From Clostridia bacterium (GTDB lineage Bacteria > Bacillota > Clostridia > Christensenellales > Aristaeellaceae): 64,000 nt of DNA. The stretch is from assembly GCA_017470945.1 (NCBI GenBank), contig JAFUXH010000100.1, forward strand, positions 1,084 to 65,083, in the 5' to 3' direction. This document shows positions 9,757 to 18,119 of the stretch, one piece after another. Position numbers and translations under genes: made by a program. The notes under the pieces are model-generated. The model saw only the letters and a program-made list of their open reading frames with translations, ran no database searches and was not told where the DNA came from. Position 1 is the first letter of the stretch. The number at the start of each line of letters is the position of its first letter.

Positions 9757-9770
9757 TGATAGCGCTTACA
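9757..9770. promoter_or_regulatory. LacI-type operator, site 2 (TGATAGCGCTTACA), overlapping a TATAAT box
   Basis: Same AGCGCTTACA half-site. TATAAT at 9752-9757, upstream of the lacI/rhaM genes. Confidence 0.5.
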
Positions 9771-9817
9771 TATCGAATCGAATGAAAGGCCGTTGAGGCG
9801 GGGGAGGGAGGAAGCCG

Positions 9818-10843
9818 ATGGGCCGCGATAACGCCACGATTTACGACGTCGCCATGGACGCCGGGGTGTCCATTGCCACGGTATCCCGCGTGCTGCGGGG
9901 GGAGGCCAACGTGTCGCCGGCCACCCGGGAAAAGGTGCAGCAGGCCATTGCGCGCCGCCATTACCGCCCCAGCTCCATCGCCCGGGGGCTGACCAGCAAA
10001 ACCACCCATTCCCTGGGCATCATCCTGCCCAAATTGCTGAACCCCCATTACGCCATGATTTTTACCGGCGCGCAGGAGGAGGCCCGCAAGCTGGGCTATT
10101 CCATGAGCCTGTTTCCCTGGTCCAGCCTGGATACCGACGCCTACAACCCGGCGGCCATGCTGACGGAGCGGAGGCTGGACGGGGTGATCGTGTGCGTGGA
10201 ATATTTGCCCCCTGATCACGACGAATTGGTGCACGCCGCCCTGCAGGCCCTGCGGCGCTTCATGCCGGTGGTGCTCATCGGGTGCGTGCCGCCCTGGTAT
10301 GATTTTCCCGCCGTGGCCAATGATAACGCCGCCATGATGCGCCGGGTGGTGGCCTATCTGACCGGTATGGGCCACGAACGGATCGCCTTCATCGGCGGCA
10401 TGCAGGAGGATAAGGATCCCCTGCGCCGGGATGTGGGCTACGAGGAAGGGCTGCGGGACGCGCGGCTGCCCTACATCGCCTCTTACCGGGCCTACGGCAA
10501 GGGCACGCCGGAGGCGGGCAGGCAGGCGCTGCTGAGCATGCTGGACGAATTGAAGGCTGACTATTGGCCCACGGCCGTCATTGCCCTGAACGACCTGGTG
10601 GCCATGGGCTGCATGGACGCCGCCTGGGAGATGGGCCTTCGCGTGCCGGAGCAATTGTCGGTCATCGGCTGCGACGATCTGTTCTGCGCGCCATACCTGA
10701 CCCCGCCCCTGACCAGCATCAACACGCACCAGCAGCGCAACGGGGCCCGGGCCGTGCAATTGCTCCTCAGCGGGGAAAAGAAGCACGAAATTGTGGATTG
10801 GGAGCTCATGGAGCGCGCGTCCTGCGCGCCGATCAAGCGATAG
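9818..10843 (+). CDS. LacI-family transcriptional regulator
   Basis: N-terminal HTH TIYDVAMDAGVSIATVSRVL plus a periplasmic-binding-protein-like sugar-binding fold. 341 aa. Confidence 0.9.
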   Translation: MGRDNATIYDVAMDAGVSIATVSRVLRGEANVSPATREKVQQAIARRHYRPSSIARGLTSKTTHSLGIILPKLLNPHYAMIFTGAQEEARKLGYSMSLFPWSSLDTDAYNPAAMLTERRLDGVIVCVEYLPPDHDELVHAALQALRRFMPVVLIGCVPPWYDFPAVANDNAAMMRRVVAYLTGMGHERIAFIGGMQEDKDPLRRDVGYEEGLRDARLPYIASYRAYGKGTPEAGRQALLSMLDELKADYWPTAVIALNDLVAMGCMDAAWEMGLRVPEQLSVIGCDDLFCAPYLTPPLTSINTHQQRNGARAVQLLLSGEKKHEIVDWELMERASCAPIKR

Positions 10844-10854
10844 GAGGAAGCGAT

Positions 10855-11172
10855 ATGGAACGTTTTGCCTGGAAAGGACGCATCAAACCCGGTATGCAGG
10901 AGGAATACAAGCGCCGTCACGACGAAATCTGGCCCGAAATGCTGGCGCTGCTGAAGGAAGCCGGCATCCGCAACTACACCATCTGGAGCGACGGACGGGA
11001 TGTATTCGGCTATTACGAATGTGAAAAGGGCATCGAATTCGCCGAGAAAACCCAGGCCCAAAGCCCTATTGTGGACAAATGGAACGATTACATGCAGGAC
11101 GTGCTGGACCTGGTCATGGACCCCGAAACCGGCGCGCAGCCCAAATTGCGGATGATGTTCAAGATGGAGTAG
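10855..11172 (+). CDS. rhaM: L-rhamnose mutarotase
   Basis: 105 aa. MERFAWKGRIKPGMQEEYKRRHDEIWPEM...NYTIW matches the RhaM family. Internal start of track ORF 10564..11172. Confidence 0.9.
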   Translation: MERFAWKGRIKPGMQEEYKRRHDEIWPEMLALLKEAGIRNYTIWSDGRDVFGYYECEKGIEFAEKTQAQSPIVDKWNDYMQDVLDLVMDPETGAQPKLRMMFKME

Positions 11173-11175
11173 GTT

Positions 11176-11577
11176 CGCACGTCTGCCCGGCTTTGCACGT
11201 CTGCGTCAAAATGACGCATCCGTGCTTCTTAAGTAATCTTATTGGCAGCCCCTTTCTCGTGCCTTCGGCCCGAGCGGGGAGGATGGGGAAGCACCGTTTT
11301 GGGTGACTGTCTTCGTAGGGGCGGATATTATCCGCCCGTTTCGAACGTTCTGCCTGGCTTCGCACGGTCTGCCTGGCTTTGCACGTCTGCCTGGCTTTGC
11401 ACGTCTGCCTGGCTTTGCACGTCTGCGTCAAAATGACGCATCCGTGCTTGTTAAGAAAGCATCTTGGCGGCCCCTTTCTCGTGCCTTCGGCCCGAGCGGG
11501 GAGAATGGGGAAGCACCGTTTTGGGCGACCGTCTCTGTAGGGGCGGATATCATCCGCCCGAAAAAGCGGCGCACAAA
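11176..11577 (+). repeat. two tandem copies of a ~170-230-nt structured repeat, family C
   Basis: Each copy contains gcacgtctgcgtcaaaatgacgcatccgtgctt...cccctttctcgtgccttcggcccgagcgggga..atggggaagcaccgttttggg..gtaggggcggatat.atccgccc. Copies at 11176-11337 and ~11345-11577. Source of spurious ORFs 11159..11683 and 11303..11590. Confidence 0.8.
11351..11441 (+). repeat. 18-nt tandem repeat (tgcctggctttgcacgtc), 4 perfect units plus 1 degenerate unit
   Basis: Perfect units at 11370-11441 and a degenerate 19-mer at 11351-11369. Family C copy 1 carries about one unit only. Confidence 0.85.
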
Positions 11578-11624
11578 AAAGGCCGGATAATCCGGCCGTA
11601 TTCATGAAAATCAGCGGACGAACC

Positions 11625-11662
11625 GGATTCGCCCGCTGATTTTTGTTTGCAGGGTATCGAAA
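11625..11662. terminator. bidirectional intrinsic terminator
   Basis: Stem atcagcgg/ccgctgat flanked by A4 and T5. Lies between convergent rhaM and the DUF1858/tcdA operon. Confidence 0.6.
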
Positions 11663-11679
11663 GTGATCGATCCCTGTTT

Positions 11680-11919
11680 TCATGCGCCTGCATGCCGGTC
11701 GATCATTTTGTTGATCTCGGCGATGATCTGATCGGTGGGGAAGCCGGTGCGTTTGCTGGCGTCGGCCACGGTGGCCTTCCGGATCAGCATTTTGGCCAGC
11801 GGGCTGTCCAGCAGCTTGAAGCGCTCGTCCAGCTGGATGGCCTCCCCCTTCAGCCAGGGGTAGGCGTCGATAATATCCTGCAGGCGGGTATCGGCGGTGA
11901 TGGGAAACAGCGGCGTCAT
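11680..11919 (-). CDS. DUF1858-like small protein
   Basis: 79 aa from MTPLFPITADTRLQDIIDAYPWL. The ATG overlaps the tcdA stop (ATGA). Upstream part of the track ORF discarded. Confidence 0.65.
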   Translation of the reverse strand: MTPLFPITADTRLQDIIDAYPWLKGEAIQLDERFKLLDSPLAKMLIRKATVADASKRTGFPTDQIIAEINKMIDRHAGA

Positions 11920-12707
11920 AGCGATCCTTCCTTTTTCATTGGCATTCGAGCTGGCGGATTTTCGATCAGATCCCGCGCCACCTTGGAGGCGATCAGCAGC
12001 CCCATGGCGGGTGGCACGAAGGCGATGCTGCCGGGGATATCCCGCCGGGCGGTGCATTTCCGGGTGGTGCCGGGGGGACACACACAGTGATACCGGCAGG
12101 AAATGGAGGCGTCCTCCTGCACCTTGATGGGTTCCTCGGTGGAATAGGCCACCGTCAGGCGCCGGATGCCCCGGCGGCGCGCTTCCCGGCGCATCACCCG
12201 GGCCAGGCGGCAGGTGCTGGTTTCGTACAGATCGCCGATCTTCAATTGGGTCGGATCCAGCCGGTTGCCCGCCCCCATGGCGCTGATGATGGGCACGCCC
12301 AGCCTGTCCGCCCGGGTGATCAATTCCAATTTGGCGGTCACGGTATCCACCGCGTCGATAATGTAATCAAAACAGGAAAGATCAATGGTGTCGGCCACGT
12401 CCGGCAGGTAAAAGAGGGCGTGCTTGGTCACCTGGACCTTGGGGTTGATATCCTTCAATCGGGCCTCCATCACGTCCACCTTGTTTTGCCCGATGGTGGA
12501 ATGAACGGCGATCACCTGGCGGTTCAGGTTGGTCAGGCACACCTTGTCGTCATCAAACAGATCGATGCTGCCCACGCCGCAGCGCACCAGGGCTTCCGCC
12601 GCGTTGCCTCCCACCCCGCCGATACCGAAAACGGCCACCCGGGCGGCGTGCAGTGTTTCGATGGCGTCATGGCCGATCAGCAGTTCCGTTCGCGCAAATT
12701 GATCCAT
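11916..12707 (-). CDS. tcdA: tRNA threonylcarbamoyladenosine dehydratase (ThiF/MoeB-fold E1-like)
   Basis: VAVFGIGGVGG Rossmann motif, CLTNLNRQ, AMGAGN. 263 aa. Confidence 0.85.
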   Translation of the reverse strand: MDQFARTELLIGHDAIETLHAARVAVFGIGGVGGNAAEALVRCGVGSIDLFDDDKVCLTNLNRQVIAVHSTIGQNKVDVMEARLKDINPKVQVTKHALFYLPDVADTIDLSCFDYIIDAVDTVTAKLELITRADRLGVPIISAMGAGNRLDPTQLKIGDLYETSTCRLARVMRREARRRGIRRLTVAYSTEEPIKVQEDASISCRYHCVCPPGTTRKCTARRDIPGSIAFVPPAMGLLIASKVARDLIENPPARMPMKKEGSL

Positions 12708-12713
12708 ATAGGG

Positions 12714-13958
12714 TTACTCCTCCTGAAAGGAAAAATGATTCATATCCCGGGCGGGTTCGTCCAGGATGGTCTGCAAGTAATAAGTCGTAAAATTGCGTGG
12801 CAGGTATGTTTGCCACAGGGCGATATCCCGCTCCCCATCGAAGGGCTTCCGGGTCCCGCTGAAATACTGCACGTTCAGTTGGGTCACCAGGTCGATCATG
12901 CGCTGCAGATCCTCAGCGGGGATCACATCGCTGGTAAAGGTGGATTTTTGCCGGGTGGTCCGTTCGAAAAAGTCGGCGGCATAGGCGGGGAAATTCAATA
13001 GGTCGGGGTTGGTTTCCCCATTTTCCAGGGCCCAGCCGGCCACGTCCACGGGCTTGGTGTCGTAGGAAAGCGCTTCCTGTCCCTGCAGGCGCAAAACGCC
13101 GTAGGGGCAGGGGGCCACCGCCATGGATTCGGTGGCGATTTCCACGATGCCCTCCGCCTGGGCGATGTGCTGAATGTGCATGTGGCCGCTCAGGTTCAGC
13201 CGAACCCCATACTGCCGGTACAGCGCCAGCACCTTTTCATAATTGGCGATGGCGAAGCCGGTCACGAACAGGGGGTTGTGGGGCATCACGTTTTGATGGC
13301 TGACGCCGATGACGGTGATCTGATCCTGCTGGGCCTGGCGCAGCTTTTCTTCCAGCCAGCGCAGGGTATTCCCCGTCACCACGCCGGGGGCGCTGTTGCC
13401 GTTCACATCCAGCATCAGGGCCCACACGTCGGGGAATAATTCCGCCACGTAGGATAGGGAGTGCGAATCCCTGTCCAGGGCGGAGGCGTAGCCAAAATCG
13501 GCGTAGAGGGCCGCGAAATCCGCGTTGGGCGTGCCGGCGATGGCCACCGGCCCGTCGGGGGTGAATTGGAAGGCGCTGCTTTCGGTGTCGTGGTTGCCCG
13601 GCAGGGAAAGCACCTTGATGCCGGCGTTCACCAGGGGCCGCAGGATTTCAGTCAGCTCCCGGTGGCTCGCCGGCGCGCCGTTCAGCGTCAGATCGCCGCT
13701 TAAAATCACCGCGTCGGGCTGAAGGGAAAGCATGTCCCGCACGAAGGCCCGCGCCAGCTGGGGCGTATAGTGGGTGATTTTGCCGTCGGCCCCTTCGATG
13801 ATGCGCATGAATCGGGGGCCGTAATCGGTCAGGGTGGGGGACAGGTAATGCAGGTCGGTGGCCAGCACGATCGTCCGGTCCGATGGGCGTTCCCCCAGCG
13901 CGGCGCCGCAGCCGCCCCACAGCAGCAGGCACAGCAGCGCGATGCATGTTTTCCGCAT
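12714..13958 (-). CDS. secreted/lipid-anchored metallophosphoesterase
   Basis: Signal-like MRKTCIALLCLLLWGGC behind GGAGG. Motifs ATDLHY, SGDLT, GNHD, SGHMH. Confidence 0.85.
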   Translation of the reverse strand: MRKTCIALLCLLLWGGCGAALGERPSDRTIVLATDLHYLSPTLTDYGPRFMRIIEGADGKITHYTPQLARAFVRDMLSLQPDAVILSGDLTLNGAPASHRELTEILRPLVNAGIKVLSLPGNHDTESSAFQFTPDGPVAIAGTPNADFAALYADFGYASALDRDSHSLSYVAELFPDVWALMLDVNGNSAPGVVTGNTLRWLEEKLRQAQQDQITVIGVSHQNVMPHNPLFVTGFAIANYEKVLALYRQYGVRLNLSGHMHIQHIAQAEGIVEIATESMAVAPCPYGVLRLQGQEALSYDTKPVDVAGWALENGETNPDLLNFPAYAADFFERTTRQKSTFTSDVIPAEDLQRMIDLVTQLNVQYFSGTRKPFDGERDIALWQTYLPRNFTTYYLQTILDEPARDMNHFSFQEE

Positions 13959-14091
13959 GGTTCCGCCTCCTTGCACCAGCATTATATACCCGCCGTGGGC
14001 TGAACGCAAGAAAGCGGGCAAGAATTCTTCCTACTTTCATGACCAGGCGTCGGCAGAAATTGTCAAAAACACCCAAAATACAATCAAACTA

Positions 14092-14120
14092 TTGACTTGA
14101 TGGGGAAATCATGGTATCAT
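14092..14120 (+). promoter_or_regulatory. sigma-A-type promoter (TTGACT, 17-nt spacer, TG-extended TATCAT)
   Basis: Consensus-like -35 and extended -10 with 17-nt spacing, upstream of the leader ORF. Confidence 0.55.
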
Positions 14121-14150
14121 GCAATCGATTTTGATGAAGGAGGACGCACT

Positions 14151-14240
14151 ATGTCGCTGCACGGCAATTACAATATGGTTTGCATGTGTATGCGCGGCTG
14201 CTGGATGCAGCCTTGTTTACGGTGCGTCTGCCGGGCCTAA
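14151..14240 (+). CDS. 29-codon Cys/Met-rich leader peptide (MSLHGNYNMVCMCMRGCWMQPCLRCVCRA)
   Basis: AAGGAGGA lies 6-7 nt upstream of the ATG. Tandem TAA TAA stops. 6 Cys and 5 Met out of 29 residues. Followed by a terminator. Not in the track (under 60 aa). Confidence 0.45.
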   Translation: MSLHGNYNMVCMCMRGCWMQPCLRCVCRA

Positions 14241-14269
14241 TAACAGGGCCCATCCGCCGAAGATCATCG

Positions 14270-14295
14270 GGGCATCCGCACGGGTGCCCTTTTTT
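14270..14295 (+). terminator. intrinsic terminator / attenuator in the operon leader
   Basis: GGGCATCC-GCAC-GGGTGCCC (8 bp including one G-U pair) followed by T6. Located between the leader ORF and the amidohydrolase start. Confidence 0.6.
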
Positions 14296-14337
14296 GATTA
14301 CCGGCGCTTTTTACGGCAAAAAAGGGGGAAACCGCCG

Positions 14338-15456
14338 TTGACCGAGCAGCAATTGATCGCCTTTTTCCAGGACCTGCACCGTCACCCCGAATTGGGGAAT
14401 GAGGAGGTGCGCACCACTAAAAAGGTGCGCGAGGCGCTGACGGAGGCCGGCATCGAGATCCTGGACCCTGGCACGGCTACGGGGCTCATCGCCGTGATCC
14501 GGGGCGGCCCCGGCCGGGTGATCGGCCTCAGGGCGGATATGGACGCCCTGCCGGTGCAGGAGGAAACGGGCCTGGCCTACGAATCCTGCGTGCCGGGCAA
14601 AATGCACGCCTGCGGCCACGATTTCCACACCGCCTGCATGCTGGGGGCGGCGCTGGCGATCAAGGAGCGGGAAAATGAGCTGTCCGGCACGGTGAAGATC
14701 GTGTTCCAGCCGGCGGAGGAAATTTCCAACGGCGGCTATCAGATGGCCCATTCCGGCCTGCTGAACGACGTGCAGGAATTTTACGCAGGCCACACCTATC
14801 CCGCTTTTCCGGCGGGCACTCTGGGCATCAAGGAGGGCCCGGTGATGGCCGCGCCGGACGCCTTCACCATCCGCATCCGCGGCCGGGGGGCCCACGCGGG
14901 CAACCCCCACCTGGGGGTCGATCCCATCCCCGCGGCGGCGGCCCTGGTGCTGTCGGCCCAAAGCATTATTTCCCGCACGAAAAACGCCTTTGAGCCCGCG
15001 GTGCTGTCCATCACCCACCTGCAGGCGGGCAACACCTGGAACGTGGTGCCGGAGGAGGCGCTGCTGGAGGGCACGGTGCGCACCCTGCATGAGGATTTGC
15101 GCGGCCAGATCCACGCCCGGCTGACCGCTATGGCCGACGCCGTGGCCCAGGCCCACGGCTGCACGGCGGAAACGGAATGGCAGATCGGCCCGCCGCCCGT
15201 GATCAACGACGCCGCCCTGTGCCAGGCCGCCCGGCAGGTGGCGCTGTCGATGGGCTTTCAGGTGGACCGTCAGGCCGACACCATGGGGGGCGAGGATTTC
15301 AGCGAGTACCTGAATCTGGCCCCCGGGGTGTTCATCCGGGTGGGCACCGGCGGGGGGATCCCCAACCACCACCCCCAATTCACCGTCGACCCCGCCGCGC
15401 TGGCCCCCGCCGCCCGCTTCTTTGCTGAGCTGGCCCTGAACAGGGCAAGATCATAA
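14338..15456 (+). CDS. M20D-family amidohydrolase (aminoacylase / hippurate-hydrolase-like)
   Basis: Motifs HRHPELGNEE, LRADMDALP, MHACGHD, FQPAEE, GGEDF. Start set to in-frame TTG 14338 behind GGGGGA. The track start at 14119 would read through the terminator. Confidence 0.85.
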   Translation: MTEQQLIAFFQDLHRHPELGNEEVRTTKKVREALTEAGIEILDPGTATGLIAVIRGGPGRVIGLRADMDALPVQEETGLAYESCVPGKMHACGHDFHTACMLGAALAIKERENELSGTVKIVFQPAEEISNGGYQMAHSGLLNDVQEFYAGHTYPAFPAGTLGIKEGPVMAAPDAFTIRIRGRGAHAGNPHLGVDPIPAAAALVLSAQSIISRTKNAFEPAVLSITHLQAGNTWNVVPEEALLEGTVRTLHEDLRGQIHARLTAMADAVAQAHGCTAETEWQIGPPPVINDAALCQAARQVALSMGFQVDRQADTMGGEDFSEYLNLAPGVFIRVGTGGGIPNHHPQFTVDPAALAPAARFFAELALNRARS

Positions 15457-15479
15457 ATTATTTTTGAAGGAGAATGACC

Positions 15480-17060
15480 ATGAAAAAGCTGCTTTCCCTG
15501 GTTCTGGCTTTCGCCCTGGCGCTGAGCATGTTCGCCTTTGCCTCCGCCGAGGAGGAAAAATCGGTGAACATCGGCGTCACCAGCACCATCGCTTCCCTGA
15601 ACCCCCTGGCGATGGACGCGACGGAGATCGTGAAGTACGCAACGTCTCTGGTGTTCCAATCCCTGGTGGAGGCCGACAGCAAGCTGAATTTTGTGCCGGT
15701 GATCGCCGAATCCATCACCACCGAGGATAATATCCACTTCACCATCAAGGTGAAGGAGGACGCCGTGTGGAGCGACGGCACCCCCATCACCGCCGAGGAC
15801 GTGGAATTCACCCTGGTGGTGGCCGCCGATCCCCAGTGCGCCAACATCAGCCTGGCCATGTATTCCGTGGTGGGCGTCAGCGATGACGGCGTGATCGAGC
15901 CCAACGCCGAAGCCATCGAAGGTATCAAGGTGGTGGATAATAAGACCCTGACGGTGGAAACCAAGTATCCCACCGCCCTGTCCACCTTCCAGAACAATTT
16001 CGGCCGCTACGCCCTGATCCTGCCCAAGCACGTTTTGAAGGATTTGCCCCGGGACGGCCTGCTGACCAACGAATGGTTCAACAATCCCGACGTCATTTCC
16101 GGCCCCTATTTCATCCATGATTTTGATCTGCAGCACTATGTGCACTATGTGGCCAATGAAAATTACTTCCTGGGCGCGCCCAAGATCAAATATCTGAACA
16201 TCAACGTGGTGGCCCCCAGCCAGATGCTGGCCGGATTGCAGAGCGGCGAGATCGACCTGGTGCAGCAGACCATGGGCGCTATCCCCGTGGAGGATTATGC
16301 CGCCATCCGCGCCCTGACCAACGTGACCGCCGTGGACAGCACCCCCATCACCAATGAATTGATCTTCGTCAACGTGGCCAAGGTGACGGATGTGCGCATC
16401 CGCCAGGCCCTGCTGTACGGCATGGACCGCGCCGCTATGCTGGAAGCGCTGCTGGGCGACAGCGGCGCGCTGGTGGACGGCTTCCTGGTGCCCGCCTCCC
16501 CCTATTTCAGCGAGGAATTGGGCGTGACCGCCTATGATCGGGACAAGGCCGCCCAGCTGATCGCCGAAGCCAAGGCCGACGGCGCCAATACCGATTTGAC
16601 CTGGTACGTCAGCGCCGAGGAAAGCGTGTGGGGCAACGCGGTGCAGTATTTCGCCGCCATGTTTGAAGAAATCGGCCTGAATATCACCATCCGCACGGTC
16701 GATCTGGCCAACCTGATGACCGTGGTCAGCGACGGTGAGCACGACATCCTGAGCGTGGAATACACCCTGATGCCCGCCGATCCGTACACCGATATCGCCT
16801 GGCTCATCGGCGGCCAGAGCCTGTGGACCGGCTACACCAGCCCCGCCACCGACGAAGCCCTGGCCCTGAGCCAGAGCCTGACCGACGAAAAGGAAATCAC
16901 CGCGCAGTACCTGATCGTGAATCAGGCCATGCAGCAGGATGCCCCCGTCATTTCCGGCTGGGTGATCGCCAAGCTGGGCGTGGCGAGCAACCGCCTGGTC
17001 AACGCCCATCCCGACGTATTCGGCACCTTCATCAACGTGCAGGATTGGGATCTGCAATAA
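15480..17060 (+). CDS. ABC transporter substrate-binding protein, family 5 (peptide/nickel, OppA/DppA-like)
   Basis: Signal peptide MKKLLSLVLAFALALSMFAFASA. About 525 aa SBP_bac_5-like. GAAGGAG lies 7 nt upstream. Confidence 0.88.
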   Translation: MKKLLSLVLAFALALSMFAFASAEEEKSVNIGVTSTIASLNPLAMDATEIVKYATSLVFQSLVEADSKLNFVPVIAESITTEDNIHFTIKVKEDAVWSDGTPITAEDVEFTLVVAADPQCANISLAMYSVVGVSDDGVIEPNAEAIEGIKVVDNKTLTVETKYPTALSTFQNNFGRYALILPKHVLKDLPRDGLLTNEWFNNPDVISGPYFIHDFDLQHYVHYVANENYFLGAPKIKYLNINVVAPSQMLAGLQSGEIDLVQQTMGAIPVEDYAAIRALTNVTAVDSTPITNELIFVNVAKVTDVRIRQALLYGMDRAAMLEALLGDSGALVDGFLVPASPYFSEELGVTAYDRDKAAQLIAEAKADGANTDLTWYVSAEESVWGNAVQYFAAMFEEIGLNITIRTVDLANLMTVVSDGEHDILSVEYTLMPADPYTDIAWLIGGQSLWTGYTSPATDEALALSQSLTDEKEITAQYLIVNQAMQQDAPVISGWVIAKLGVASNRLVNAHPDVFGTFINVQDWDLQ

Positions 17061-17135
17061 CGTTCATCGATGGCTTGCCATACCGGCCCGCCCCGGTATG
17101 GCAAGCCGTTTTTCAGCAAGCATCGGAGGCTGATT

Positions 17136-18119
17136 ATGCAAGAACCCCTGCTGTCCATCCGGGATTTGAATATCGCCTTCCGCCAGGGGAAGGGCCTGTC
17201 TCCCGCCGCGTCGGGGGTATCCTTTTCCGTGCGTCCGGGGGAAATCCTGTGCGTGGTGGGGGAAAGCGGCAGCGGCAAAAGCATCACCGCCCTGTCGGTG
17301 CTGGGGCTGCTGAGCCGGCAGGGAAAGGTCACCGGCGGGGAGATCCTGTTTGAGGGCAAAAACTTGCTGGCCCTGGGCGAACAGGAAATGGATCAGATCC
17401 GGGGCGCCGGCATCGCCATGATCTTTCAGGATATCATGTACAGCCTGAACCCGGTGTTCACCATTGGCAGCCAGATGGTGGAGGGCATGCGCCGGCACCT
17501 GAACCTGAGCAAGGAGGACGCCCGGCGGGAGGCCGTCGCCCTGCTGGAACGCACCGGAATCCGGGACGCCGGGCAGGTGATGAAGAAATACCCGCACATG
17601 CTGTCCGGCGGCATGCGGCAGCGGGTGATGATCGCCATGGCGCTGTCCTGCCGGCCCAAATTGCTGATCGCCGACGAGCCCACCACCGCCCTGGATGTGA
17701 CCATCCAATACCAGATCATGGAATTGCTGCGGTCCCTGCGGGATGAAACGGGCATGTCCATCCTGCTGATCACCCACGATATCGGGGTGGTGGCCGAAAT
17801 GGCCGACCGGGTGGTGGTGATGTACGCCGGCCAGTGCGTGGAGGAAGCGCTCCTGGCCGATTTGCTGAGCCGCCCCGCCCACGCCTATACCCGGGCGCTG
17901 ATGCAGGCCGTGCCCGGGCTGCACGACGACCGCAGCCACACCCTGTATTCCATCCCCGGCTACGTGCCCCAGCAGTACGGCGAAATGACCGGCTGCCGCT
18001 TCGCCCCCCGCTGTCCCCACGGGGCGGATTGCCCTTACCGGGACAACGAGGAGATGCGGGAAATCGCCCCCGGGCATTTCTCCCGCTGCCTGTATGAAGG
18101 AGGGGAGAAGGATGCCTGA
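17136..18119 (+). CDS. ABC transporter ATP-binding protein (OppD/DppD-like)
   Basis: Walker A GESGSGKS, signature LSGGMRQR, Walker B LLIADEPTTALD. Cys-rich Opp C-terminal extension. Confidence 0.9.
   Translation: MQEPLLSIRDLNIAFRQGKGLSPAASGVSFSVRPGEILCVVGESGSGKSITALSVLGLLSRQGKVTGGEILFEGKNLLALGEQEMDQIRGAGIAMIFQDIMYSLNPVFTIGSQMVEGMRRHLNLSKEDARREAVALLERTGIRDAGQVMKKYPHMLSGGMRQRVMIAMALSCRPKLLIADEPTTALDVTIQYQIMELLRSLRDETGMSILLITHDIGVVAEMADRVVVMYAGQCVEEALLADLLSRPAHAYTRALMQAVPGLHDDRSHTLYSIPGYVPQQYGEMTGCRFAPRCPHGADCPYRDNEEMREIAPGHFSRCLYEGGEKDA

Noticed and set aside
11351-11441. Possible CRISPR array or coding repeat in the 18-nt tandem array.
   Set aside because: The units are directly contiguous with no spacers, are only 18 nt long, and are embedded in a larger duplicated non-coding element. 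No cas genes are present in the window.
14119-14337. N-terminal 73-codon extension of the amidohydrolase (track ORF start 14119), and alternatively a T-box or SAM riboswitch in the same leader.
   Set aside because: The extension would be translated across a strong terminator hairpin with T6, and it is Cys/Ala-rich with no similarity to M20 N-termini. I could not find the conserved T-box (..GGTGGTACCGCG..) or S-box core strings by eye. A covariance-model scan is still needed.
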